In this document: positions 20,435 to 29,940 of the stretch, piece after piece
Numbering within the stretch: the first letter of the stretch is position 1
Layout of the letters: every line of letters begins with the position of its first letter
Made by a program: the position numbers and the translations under genes
The notes under the pieces: model-generated
What the model was told of the DNA's origin: nothing
The model's input: only the letters and a program-made list of their open reading frames with translations
Databases searched by the model: none
NCBI GenBank assembly: GCA_965249555.1
Contig: OZ252243.1
Span: 544,001 to 608,000, forward strand
Length of the DNA stretch: 64,000 bases
Direction: 5' to 3'
From: Nitrosopumilus sp.
GTDB taxonomy: Archaea > Thermoproteota > Nitrososphaeria > Nitrososphaerales > Nitrosopumilaceae

Positions 20435-23400
20435 TTATATTCGAATTATGCCTTTTTTGACTAAATAATTTATTGATCCAACAAAATCTTCATCAGAAAT
20501 TAGATCGTTGGCCCACCATTTGGCGTTATTTTTGATCCAATCGGGGATTTCTCGTTCAAGGGTATTTTTCTCAGAAGGCGTAGTGGAAATTATTTCGTTT
20601 TCAATTAGATGTTCAATTCCGTCAATAAATTCACTATCAGAAATACTGTCAGAAGACCACAAACGGGCATCATTTTTGGGCGAATCAGAAATACTGTCAG
20701 AAGACCACAAACGGGCATCATTTTTGGGCGAATCAAGAATAGTTTCTGAGGTCACAAAAAATGATAAAGTTCCAAGATTTTGGTCATCATAAGAAAGATG
20801 GATGAAATATTTTCCAGGTAATGAATTAGCATTTATAGTGAAAATTGACTTGTAACCACCACTGGCAGTTAGAATTGCACCAAAATTTTGAACAGTTCCA
20901 TCAGGATTTGTAAGAGCAATTGATAATGGGATTCCTCGTTTTTGATTATTAATACTTCCAGACAAAATTATTTCTTGTACAGAATCAATATTTGGTAATG
21001 AAACTTGATCATGACTCAATTTTGCAGGACTAGAAAACGAGACAGGAGTTTGAGAATTCAATAAATCGAAGATGTTTGAATTTCCAAAGGCATCACGTGA
21101 ATCATAATATCTTGCATCAAGACTACCACCAGCTGGCGAAATTAATTTTGAACCTGTTTTATCACAAATCCATGATGGCATCTTAAAGGATCCTTCAAAT
21201 ATTCCAGTACTGGGTCCTGTTTCAACAAGAGAGAATCCTTTTGAAGCTAAACCATCATACTCAACGCCGTCAATAGTACAACGTTTGTAACGAATATCTT
21301 TTATTTTGATCTCCAACAAAATCTCTCCATCTTTTCCTACAGTATCAACAAGAGGAGAGTTTGGATCATTGATTGCTCGATAGACTTCTATTGTATCACT
21401 TTTCAAATTAAGATCAGAATCTTTGAGAATGATAGTTACTGGTTGCCCAAATCGAAATGATGTTGAAGTAGTTGAAACAGTTCCAGAATGCGTGGTTATA
21501 TCAGATTTTGCAGAAGTTGTGGTAGTTACACCTGTTTTATCTAAATCAGAATAAGATATTGTAATTCCTTCTTCATCAATTAATCTATCAGTAACAATAA
21601 TTTTTATTTCCTCATCGATTGTTTGTATCGTTTGAATAAAATTGGGATCTAGTATATTCAATTGATTTGTTACAGCATATTCAAAAGTGCCTTCAAAAGT
21701 AGAAGAATTAGCCAGAGTTTCTTCTAATTCAAAACGATAAATTGAATTGTTTATACTTTGTTCATTTTTTAAGCCAAATGAAAATATATCAAAAACAATT
21801 GGTTGTTTGTTTGTTTCACTAGAAACAGTCAGTACTCCTGCATCATTGTCAGAAGAATCAAAATCAATTACAAGAAATACAGTTCCACTTTCATCTACAA
21901 GATCATTTACAACAGAATCATCAATCTGGATGAATCCTTGGGATGATGAAACATCACCGACATCAGCAATAGTTATTGACGATAAGCCAAGTGCGCCAAA
22001 AGTCATATTAAATGAAGTATCGCCAAAGTCAGAAATTCCAAAATCATTCTCAAAGGATCTTAAATCATAATTAATCCAATTTGTGCCACCTGTATCTGAT
22101 TCAGACACATCAAGTAGTGTTAAAGCCAATGTTGACGCTGAAATTCCCAAGTTTACTGAAATCATTTCATATGGTCCATCAGGTACAGGGGATGTATCAA
22201 TTACCAGCAGGTCAGAATTAGAGTCAGGTACAGAAGAATCTGCTTCACCATCTACAGACAGTACAGGAGATGATGTATGAAATAGGACATCCTGAGCATT
22301 CTCAAAAGTAACAGGATTTCCAATTATGATTGTAGGAATGATTGCTGTTGCTCTAAATACATTCAAATCATCACGAGTACCTGTGTTTAGATTTTGATCA
22401 GAATCTACCAAAATTACAGGATATTCAGTTCCAGGATTCAAAGATTCGCCAGTTCCAATCGTTAATACTGGATCACTGCTAAGTGAAACAGAAGCCGTTG
22501 AAGATCCTGTCAAAACTGAAACAGAGTTTTTGTTGTAAGTGATGTGTCCAGCTTGCCCACGTGGAGCACCATCAAGTATACCTAAAGTAGATTGATCAGT
22601 ATAATCAAAGTTTTCAAAAAATCCAGAATTTGAACCTTGTTCAACTAATGTGACAATTTCAGAAAAGGTATTTGAAACTCCATCATCATCAACTGAAGAA
22701 TCAGGTTGATGGTTGTTTGTTTTTAGCTCCATTATATTTCCTAGATCCAAAGAAAGTTTGCCATTATCTTCAAAACCCAAGCTTGAAAGATAAGGAGCCA
22801 AATCTACCAATCCTGCATTTTCATTGGCAGCATCATTTCCGGAATCATCAAATGCTTGATAAAATACACTTACAGGAGAATCAATGTTAAAAGTCCAAGA
22901 GTCCTCATCTGTAGGATCTTGATTCAATTGAAAATCATTTATTGTTAGAAAAACTTCGGAATTATTTGGATAAAGATCCCTGTCAAGATTCAAAGAGATA
23001 TTTGGGATTTCATCATATTCAAGTGAAACTTGTTGTGATGAACCACCAGGATTGTATTGAATTGTTACATCACTAAATGAATAAAGTTGGATTAATGGCC
23101 AGGCATTGGAATCTAATCCAATTTGACCTACAGGAATATTTGGATTTGTATTAATTGATTTTGCATGTCTAACTACATTATTCAAATTTGTGGAACCAGT
23201 TGGAGAACCAGTACATGGACTAAATGAGGAATCACCATTAGTAAAACTTTCCAAACCTGCAGATTGCGGTACTGCAATTCCATCAGTTTCAGAAAAAGAA
23301 ACTCCAAAGACAGAAGATGATGTATCTTTACTGCAAAAGACTCCAAAATCTAATCCTTCTCCAGCTAAACCAACTGTAGAATCTGCAACTTGAGCCTTCT

Positions 23401-23686
23401 CAACATTTGCAAAATAAGCATACCAATTACCATCAGTTGCCTGAACCATTTGTAATGAGTTTCCATCAAGTGTAACATCAGGGTGGCCCTCTGCTTCATC
23501 AGTGTCTCGTAAATTTGGATCCCGAATAATTACTTCAATTACCATAGAGCCTGAAAAATGATTGTCAAATTGTGAATTCTCAGCTGAGACAAACAAGTCG
23601 GGATTACTTGACGCCTCAGCATTCATTACAGGAATTAGTGAAATAAGTGAGAAAATTGCCAGTAAACAGTATTTTTTGTCCAACAT
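20435..23686 (-). CDS. Large secreted S-layer-like surface protein
   Basis: Signal peptide, VSAEN, ETGPSTGIFEG-type motifs, C-terminal IPDWIKNNAKWW...YLVKKGII thaumarchaeal tail. Confidence 0.85.
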   Translation of the reverse strand: MLDKKYCLLAIFSLISLIPVMNAEASSNPDLFVSAENSQFDNHFSGSMVIEVIIRDPNLRDTDEAEGHPDVTLDGNSLQMVQATDGNWYAYFANVEKAQVADSTVGLAGEGLDFGVFCSKDTSSSVFGVSFSETDGIAVPQSAGLESFTNGDSSFSPCTGSPTGSTNLNNVVRHAKSINTNPNIPVGQIGLDSNAWPLIQLYSFSDVTIQYNPGGSSQQVSLEYDEIPNISLNLDRDLYPNNSEVFLTINDFQLNQDPTDEDSWTFNIDSPVSVFYQAFDDSGNDAANENAGLVDLAPYLSSLGFEDNGKLSLDLGNIMELKTNNHQPDSSVDDDGVSNTFSEIVTLVEQGSNSGFFENFDYTDQSTLGILDGAPRGQAGHITYNKNSVSVLTGSSTASVSLSSDPVLTIGTGESLNPGTEYPVILVDSDQNLNTGTRDDLNVFRATAIIPTIIIGNPVTFENAQDVLFHTSSPVLSVDGEADSSVPDSNSDLLVIDTSPVPDGPYEMISVNLGISASTLALTLLDVSESDTGGTNWINYDLRSFENDFGISDFGDTSFNMTFGALGLSSITIADVGDVSSSQGFIQIDDSVVNDLVDESGTVFLVIDFDSSDNDAGVLTVSSETNKQPIVFDIFSFGLKNEQSINNSIYRFELEETLANSSTFEGTFEYAVTNQLNILDPNFIQTIQTIDEEIKIIVTDRLIDEEGITISYSDLDKTGVTTTTSAKSDITTHSGTVSTTSTSFRFGQPVTIILKDSDLNLKSDTIEVYRAINDPNSPLVDTVGKDGEILLEIKIKDIRYKRCTIDGVEYDGLASKGFSLVETGPSTGIFEGSFKMPSWICDKTGSKLISPAGGSLDARYYDSRDAFGNSNIFDLLNSQTPVSFSSPAKLSHDQVSLPNIDSVQEIILSGSINNQKRGIPLSIALTNPDGTVQNFGAILTASGGYKSIFTINANSLPGKYFIHLSYDDQNLGTLSFFVTSETILDSPKNDARLWSSDSISDSPKNDARLWSSDSISDSEFIDGIEHLIENEIISTTPSEKNTLEREIPDWIKNNAKWWANDLISDEDFVGSINYLVKKGIIRI
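20636..20735 (-). repeat. Perfect 48-bp in-frame tandem duplication (SPKNDARLWSSDSISD x2)
   Basis: 20636-20683 is identical to 20684-20731. Confidence 0.95.
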
Positions 23687-23779
23687 CTCAAAATTCCGTC
23701 TAATCACAAATAATAGTGTCGCAGCATTTCTTCTTAGAAACTAGTAATACATGATAAGAAATATCAAAAAATAAGAAAA

Positions 23780-25132
23780 ATGTTTGTTCAAAGAACCAAA
23801 GTTTTACAGATTTCACTTTTGGCTATTTTTTCTGCATTTGTAGTAGAATTAATTTTTGGTTTAATTTCAAACAGTCTTGCCCTCATCACAGATAGTATTC
23901 ATGCATTGTTAGATAGTGTAGTTACTGTTGTTCTACTTTTGGCAGCAAGAATGGCAATCAAACCTCCTGATGCAGAACATACCTACGGACATGGAAAAAT
24001 CGAATCATTAGGAGGATTGATTGGGGGAATAGCAATTTTTCTGATTGCATGTTTTTTCATTTACGAATCTATCAACAGATTACAAAGTCCCCCACCAAGT
24101 ATCCTACCAGGATTATTTGCAATAATTGGCGGATTATACACGATAGGAATTGATTTTTTCAGAATAATTCTGTTAAGAAGATCCATAAAAAAAATTGGAG
24201 GTGCAACTCTCAAAGCAGATTTTTACCATGCATTTATGGATCTTGGCTCTACTGTAATTGCAATTGTTGGAATAGTTTTGATATCATACGGATTCTATTA
24301 TGGAGATTTTGTTGCAGCATTGATCTTAGGAGGATTGTTAGCAGTCCTTAGTGTAAAACTAATCTACAAAACTGCTCTCGATTTGACGGACATTATCTCA
24401 CCTAAACTTGTAAAAGATGTCAGAGAGATTGCAACATCAACAAAGGGAGTCATTGATGCTAATCCAATACTGATGAGAAGATCAGGTGATACAATTTTTG
24501 CAGACATAACGATTTCATTAAGAGGCGATACCAGTTTTGACAAAGCACATGAAATTAGTAATAGTGTTGAGAGAAACATAAAAAATAAAATTTCAAATGC
24601 ATCAATTACAATACATTTTGAACCAAATTGGAAAGATGTTCCATTAGATGCAAAAATTTTAGATATTGTAAAAAGTGTTGATGGTGTAAAAGATGTTCAT
24701 AATGTCAGTACACATAAAACCAAAGGAAAGACATTTTCTGATTTACATGTAATGGTTGACAAAGAGATTAATCTATCATCAGCCCATAAAATTTCTGAAA
24801 TTGTTGAGCAGAAAATTCAAGAAAATATACCTGAAATTGAACATTCCACTATCCATTTAGAGCCATTTGTGACAGTACCTGAGAAATTTAATGTGGAAGA
24901 CACAATTACAGAAGAGATAATCAAGCGTGCTTTAGAGAAATATCCAGAAATCAAAAAAATCGGTCGTATTGTATCTTTGAGTTTTGAGAATATTCTCAAA
25001 ATTGACATAGATTGTTCATTTGATAAGGAATTGTCAATTGAAAAAGTTCATGATTTGACCTCAGAGATAGAACATGTCATTAGAGCACAAATCAAAAATG
25101 CAGTAATAACAATTCATCCTGAACCAGACTAA
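23780..25132 (+). CDS. Cation diffusion facilitator with triplicated C-terminal dimerisation domains
   Basis: DSIHALLD, HTYGHGKIE, HAFMD, repeated AHEIS/TIHxEP. Confidence 0.92.
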   Translation: MFVQRTKVLQISLLAIFSAFVVELIFGLISNSLALITDSIHALLDSVVTVVLLLAARMAIKPPDAEHTYGHGKIESLGGLIGGIAIFLIACFFIYESINRLQSPPPSILPGLFAIIGGLYTIGIDFFRIILLRRSIKKIGGATLKADFYHAFMDLGSTVIAIVGIVLISYGFYYGDFVAALILGGLLAVLSVKLIYKTALDLTDIISPKLVKDVREIATSTKGVIDANPILMRRSGDTIFADITISLRGDTSFDKAHEISNSVERNIKNKISNASITIHFEPNWKDVPLDAKILDIVKSVDGVKDVHNVSTHKTKGKTFSDLHVMVDKEINLSSAHKISEIVEQKIQENIPEIEHSTIHLEPFVTVPEKFNVEDTITEEIIKRALEKYPEIKKIGRIVSLSFENILKIDIDCSFDKELSIEKVHDLTSEIEHVIRAQIKNAVITIHPEPD

Positions 25133-26307
25133 ACCAAAATACTAGTTAGATACATTACTAACATTCCTGCAGCAAAACCAGCTATAACTGCAGCACTAGA
25201 GAAATTTTTGTCACCTTCATCTCTAATCCATTTCATTATTACGACAATTACTTGGAAAATAGCTCCTGCCCCTATTGCAAGAAAAATCACCGAAGCAAAT
25301 GGAGTATATACAAAACCACCTACCCATGCACCAAAAATGGCAGGAGAGCCTGCAATTAACCCCATGGCGGCCAATTTTCCAATCATCAATTTTCCTCTAG
25401 ACATAGGTGCAGCAATAGCAATACCCTCAGTAGTATTATGCAAAGCAAATCCTACAATTAGAAACGTGCTAAATGCAAGAGAACCTAATCCAACAGCCGC
25501 ACCAATAGCAAGTCCTTCACCAAAATTATGCATGCCAATTCCAATAGAAATCATCAATGCAATTGCAACAGGTTTTGAAATTTTTGAAGAATCAGCTTTT
25601 TTGACAAGTTTGTTTCCAGTGTAATATAGTCCAAGAAAAGACAATACTATAACGGTAGTAACAAGTAAAGTGCCATTAAAGCTTCCAGCTAAACTCTCAT
25701 CAGAAACATCAATTGCTTCCTCAATAGAATCAACTGCTAAGAAAAATAGCAATCCAGCAGTCAATGCCAAAAAGAAATGGTATTTTTGTTTGCTTATTCT
25801 TTTAATGAAAGGAAGCCACAATAATCCAATCATTACAGGAATAACTCCAACATAAGTTCCAATCACTGCAAAAAATATTACAAGATCAAAAGAGGGCTCT
25901 AATGCAGGAGCGGCAGCCTCTATCTCTTTTTCAAATCTAGTTCCATCTTCAATTGTAATTCCAATGACATATGGTTCTGCATGATTCCATTCGAATGGTA
26001 TTCTCACCAAAGCTGTTTCATATCTTTCCAGGAATCCATCTGGTTCAACTGCTGCAGGTTGTATTCTGTCATTAATATCTGCCATAACAACTTCAACAGG
26101 GATAGGCCCAGTGTTTCTAACAGTAGCTTGAATTTCAGAATCTACAAAGTCAACTTTTTCTATAGTTATTTCAGGTAAAGATATTCCAAAATCTAAAAGA
26201 TCAGATCCTGGACCAAAAATGTATGCTACCAAAAGTATGAGAAACACAAACGGGATTATCCCACTTGCTAGAATCTTGCCTTTTGATGATTTATTGCTAA
26301 TTTCCAT
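25129..26307 (-). CDS. ZIP-family divalent metal transporter with N-terminal extracellular domain
   Basis: GMHNFGEGLAIG, LHNTTEG. Confidence 0.9.
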   Translation of the reverse strand: MEISNKSSKGKILASGIIPFVFLILLVAYIFGPGSDLLDFGISLPEITIEKVDFVDSEIQATVRNTGPIPVEVVMADINDRIQPAAVEPDGFLERYETALVRIPFEWNHAEPYVIGITIEDGTRFEKEIEAAAPALEPSFDLVIFFAVIGTYVGVIPVMIGLLWLPFIKRISKQKYHFFLALTAGLLFFLAVDSIEEAIDVSDESLAGSFNGTLLVTTVIVLSFLGLYYTGNKLVKKADSSKISKPVAIALMISIGIGMHNFGEGLAIGAAVGLGSLAFSTFLIVGFALHNTTEGIAIAAPMSRGKLMIGKLAAMGLIAGSPAIFGAWVGGFVYTPFASVIFLAIGAGAIFQVIVVIMKWIRDEGDKNFSSAAVIAGFAAGMLVMYLTSILV

Positions 26308-27364
26308 AGTCTACTCCTGTTTGTGATTTTTGATCTAGATTGTCCTTAACTAGAAATATCCCAACCCAGCCTTTTTCTGAAAATTCTACCTTGTGAGCGT
26401 GAAATAGATACTTTCCAGGATATTCATACTGGAATTCCATAATACCACGCTCAGTTTGTGACAGAGTAATCATATCAGTGTAAAACGAAGGAACAGTATC
26501 AGTTCCTGTTGGATAGTAATGGTATAGGTTACCATGCAAGTGTAGATTGTTTATTGGATCGAATTCAACCATGTTGACAACATAGATACGAACTAGTTCG
26601 TTAGTGTTGATTTCAATGGGGTGATGTTGATAATAAAATGGAACTGTGTTTGCAGCATAAAAATTATTTTCAGTATCAAAATCAGTGTCCAAACCATTTA
26701 GAACCATAACCATTTCATCTGCTGCAGGTCTGCCTTCTTTTGGATCAACAATGTAAACACCGTACAAACCACGTGCAATATGTTCTTCAAGCGGCATCAC
26801 ATGGCAGTGATATGGATGAACACCAACAGGACCTGCTTTAAATTCATAAGTAAAGCTACCGCCTGATCCAACTATTTCAAATACACCATCCATCTCGGCG
26901 GGATGAATTCCATGAAAGTGCATTGTATGGGACTTTGAACCGTTGTTGATGAAATTTATGCGGACAAGATCACCCTCAGTAGCTCTTATGGTTGGACCTG
27001 GAACAGTGCCATTGAATGTCCACACATTAAAGAATACACCCGGTGAGACTTCCATAATTTTATCATCTTCTGCAACAATTGTAAATTCTCTTAGAGTAGT
27101 TCCATCAGGCAGTTGCGAAACTTTTCCATAGTTAAATTCTCGAAGATATTTCATTGGATCAAATTCCATGGTTGCGCTAGTATACAATGGGTCCAATACT
27201 TCGCCTGTTGTTTTTATAACACCGCCAGTATGTGTAACAAAGATATTATCTTCCAGTTGGGCACTAATATCCTCTGTAAATGCAAAATAAAGTGTAGACA
27301 TTGCAATGATTACAGATATTGATACGATCATAATTCTAGAGCGATATTTGTTCATTAGATACAT
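26297..27364 (-). CDS. Two-domain multicopper oxidase
   Basis: HTMHFHG, YHCH...HIARG, HLHG, FHAH. Confidence 0.92.
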   Translation of the reverse strand: MYLMNKYRSRIMIVSISVIIAMSTLYFAFTEDISAQLEDNIFVTHTGGVIKTTGEVLDPLYTSATMEFDPMKYLREFNYGKVSQLPDGTTLREFTIVAEDDKIMEVSPGVFFNVWTFNGTVPGPTIRATEGDLVRINFINNGSKSHTMHFHGIHPAEMDGVFEIVGSGGSFTYEFKAGPVGVHPYHCHVMPLEEHIARGLYGVYIVDPKEGRPAADEMVMVLNGLDTDFDTENNFYAANTVPFYYQHHPIEINTNELVRIYVVNMVEFDPINNLHLHGNLYHYYPTGTDTVPSFYTDMITLSQTERGIMEFQYEYPGKYLFHAHKVEFSEKGWVGIFLVKDNLDQKSQTGVDYGN

Positions 27365-27393
27365 TTTGCAGGCTTGTAAATTGTAATTTAAAT

Positions 27394-27426
27394 TTACCCT
27401 AAGCTAACTTTTTTAGTATGATCTAA
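27394..27426. promoter_or_regulatory. Two TTA(G/C)-N6-CTAA boxes (DtxR/MntR-type operator candidates)
   Basis: TTACcctaagCTAA at 27394-27407 and TTAGtatgatCTAA at 27413-27426, upstream of the MCO-ZIP operon. Confidence 0.55.
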
Positions 27427-27498
27427 CTTTATTATACAAGACTAATTTACAAATTTTCAAAAAATTACGTTTAAACTAAAGAAAATCAGTCATAATTT

Positions 27499-28002
27499 AT
27501 GCAAAAATCAGGGATAATGCTAGTCAGCTCTGCAGCATTAATTGCGATAGGATTGCTCTTGTTAGTTTTAGGAAATCAAATTATCTTAGAAGGGATTAGT
27601 CAGGAAGATGGAAAAGTAAGTTCTAGTCAATCACTTACAGTTTCAGTAGATTTTGATTCACAAAAGACAGAAATGGGGATTTTTGCGGTTCAAATAATGG
27701 AGTTCAAAGACAACACATTTTCTGCCAAAGTATTAGATCCATTTGATAGTGAGATTATTGCTCAAACAATTAATGAAGAGACTACCGAAAAAGAATTTGA
27801 TGTATTAGAGACTGGAACTTACAGACTAATTATTGAAAGTACTAGTAATGAAGAACCCATGGTATTTGCAGCTATAGGTCCACTACCAGATACTAACAAA
27901 CAATTACTTGGTTTTATCTCACTGGTAGTACTTGTTATTGGAATGATTGGACTAGTGGCAGTAGGCATCTACGGGGTTAAAAATAGAAGAAAATCAATTT
28001 AG
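27499..28002 (+). CDS. Membrane-anchored hypothetical protein
   Basis: N- and C-terminal TM helices. Confidence 0.75.
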   Translation: MQKSGIMLVSSAALIAIGLLLLVLGNQIILEGISQEDGKVSSSQSLTVSVDFDSQKTEMGIFAVQIMEFKDNTFSAKVLDPFDSEIIAQTINEETTEKEFDVLETGTYRLIIESTSNEEPMVFAAIGPLPDTNKQLLGFISLVVLVIGMIGLVAVGIYGVKNRRKSI

Positions 28003-28314
28003 GTAACTATCCATTTTTTCAAGACTATCAATAGCGGCATCAAAGTTATCACTATTTTCAACAAGGGTACTAAGTTTATCAGAATTTGCAACAAGAAAAC
28101 ATTTTCCATCATCAGATTTTTTAGAAATGAATTCATGCTCTATCAGATAAGAGAGTCTTTCAAGAACCTCAGATTCAGATATGGATGCTTGTTGGGCTAA
28201 AAATGAACATTCTTTTTCACCATCTTCTAGTTCTGCCAATATTGAAGATGTTACAGGATCAAACATACAATCTACAATTTTTTCTCGATCAAATGTTTCA
28301 TCCATTTCACTCAA
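27994..28314 (-). CDS. Winged-helix (ArsR-like) small protein
   Basis: DPVTSSILAEL...LAQQASISESEVLERLSYL pattern. Confidence 0.65.
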   Translation of the reverse strand: MSEMDETFDREKIVDCMFDPVTSSILAELEDGEKECSFLAQQASISESEVLERLSYLIEHEFISKKSDDGKCFLVANSDKLSTLVENSDNFDAAIDSLEKMDSYLN

Positions 28315-28392
28315 TTAGAAAAGTTGGAAATTTATAACTTTTTACATAAATCTTGCCAATAAGATAATTAAGAAAAAGATACTCAAAGAATC

Positions 28393-28545
28393 ATGCAAAA
28401 ACTTTGCAGTAAAGATCCATCTGGAAAAGGGAGACACTGTTTTTGCATAGATATTGATGCCCAGAGAGGAGTCAAAAAATGCTGTAAATGTAATCAATGG
28501 AATGTTCACGGCAATGATTGGACAGAAGATGAGGACTTTAGATAA
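28393..28545 (+). CDS. Cys-rich microprotein (50 aa), not in the ORF track
   Basis: MQKLCSKDPSGKGRHCFCIDIDAQRGVKKCCKCNQWNVHGNDWTEDEDFR*; ATAATTAA TATA-like element about 25 nt upstream. Confidence 0.6.
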   Translation: MQKLCSKDPSGKGRHCFCIDIDAQRGVKKCCKCNQWNVHGNDWTEDEDFR

Positions 28546-28670
28546 TTTAGATTGAAAAAGGCATCATCATTGTGACTAGAGAGAAAAATCATCAGAAAAG
28601 AAAATTGAAAAATCACCTAATTTGACGCCTAGCATGGTTTTTATCGGGGTTTCTTTGAATTTTGGAATAC

Positions 28671-29264
28671 TTGAGCAGTCAAGAATATAAACACATTGTA
28701 AGGATTGTGGGTAACGATATCCCAGGTGAAAAAAAGTCGCTTGTAGGATTGACCCAGATCAAGGGTATTGGGTATAACTTTGCTACAGCAATTCTTGATA
28801 CTCTGAAAATTAATACAAATTCCAATATCGGTAATCTTACTGATGATAATGTTCAAGCAATTGAAAAATTAATTTTAGATCCAATCGGAGCAAATTTTCC
28901 AACATGGTTTCTTAACAGAAATAAAAATATTGAAACCGGGAAAAATTTGCATTTGTTGACATCAGATATTCCATTTACATTAAGAAATGATATTGAAAGA
29001 GAGAGAATAACTGCAAGTTGGAGAGCTTACCGTCATCTAAGTGGACTAAAAGTTAGAGGACAGAGAACTAGAACTTCAGGAAGAAAAGGCGGAGCAGTTG
29101 GTGTTGCCAAAGGTGGACTAGCAGCTCCAGTAAAGAAAGGTGATCCAGGAGCTGCAGCAGATCCAGCAACAGATGCAGCAGCTACAACAGCAGATGCAGC
29201 AACAGAAAAGAAAGAAGCTCCAGCAACAGAAAAGAAAGAAGCTCCAGCGGAGAAAACTAAATAG
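28671..29264 (+). CDS. rps13: 30S ribosomal protein S13
   Basis: [26 protein letters not shown]. Confidence 0.96.
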   Translation: MSSQEYKHIVRIVGNDIPGEKKSLVGLTQIKGIGYNFATAILDTLKINTNSNIGNLTDDNVQAIEKLILDPIGANFPTWFLNRNKNIETGKNLHLLTSDIPFTLRNDIERERITASWRAYRHLSGLKVRGQRTRTSGRKGGAVGVAKGGLAAPVKKGDPGAAADPATDAAATTADAATEKKEAPATEKKEAPAEKTK

Positions 29265-29273
29265 GTGTCATAA

Positions 29274-29900
29274 GTGGGAGACCCAAAATATTCACGTAGA
29301 GTTTGGAGAAAACCAAAGAGACCCCTTAATTATGAACTAAAGATGGAAGAACTGAAAACTGTTGGTACATTTGGATTGAGAACTAAAAGAGAATTATGGA
29401 AAGCACATACAGAATTATCACGTGTTAGACATCAAGCAAGATCATTGCTTGCATTAAGACAAGAAGTTAGAGAAGAGAAAGAGCCAATCTTGATGAAATC
29501 TCTTGCCAGAATAGGATTAGTAAGCAGTGATGCAACATTAGATGATGTACTTAATCTAAATGTGGATGATTTACTTTCACGTAGACTACAAACTATTGTT
29601 TCAAAAAAGCTTGGATTCAAAACACCATATCAAGCAAGACAAGCAGTAATTCATGGACACATAATGATTGGAGATAGAAAAATAGACATTCCATCATACA
29701 CAGTTACAATAGGAGAAGAAGGCAATATTCATTTTACACCTGAATCTAAAATTCCAGAAATGTTAGAAAAAACAAAATCAGAACCTGTGGTTGAGAAACC
29801 AGTTGGAGAAGAGGGTGAAACACCTGCTAAAGAAGTCAAGACACCTGCTGAAGAAGCACCAAAAGATGAGAGTTCTTCAACAGAACAATCAAAAAAATAG
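29274..29900 (+). CDS. rps4: 30S ribosomal protein S4
   Basis: MGDPK, FGLRTKRELW, RRLQTIV, QARQAVIHGHI. Confidence 0.96.
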   Translation: MGDPKYSRRVWRKPKRPLNYELKMEELKTVGTFGLRTKRELWKAHTELSRVRHQARSLLALRQEVREEKEPILMKSLARIGLVSSDATLDDVLNLNVDDLLSRRLQTIVSKKLGFKTPYQARQAVIHGHIMIGDRKIDIPSYTVTIGEEGNIHFTPESKIPEMLEKTKSEPVVEKPVGEEGETPAKEVKTPAEEAPKDESSSTEQSKK

Positions 29901-29940
29901 GCTTACCAGTAAATAACCCCAAATTATCAGAGAGAATAAC

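Noticed and set aside
29140-29340. Gln-rich ORF overlapping rps13
   Set aside because: Shadow frame of the Ala/Thr/Lys-rich S13 tail
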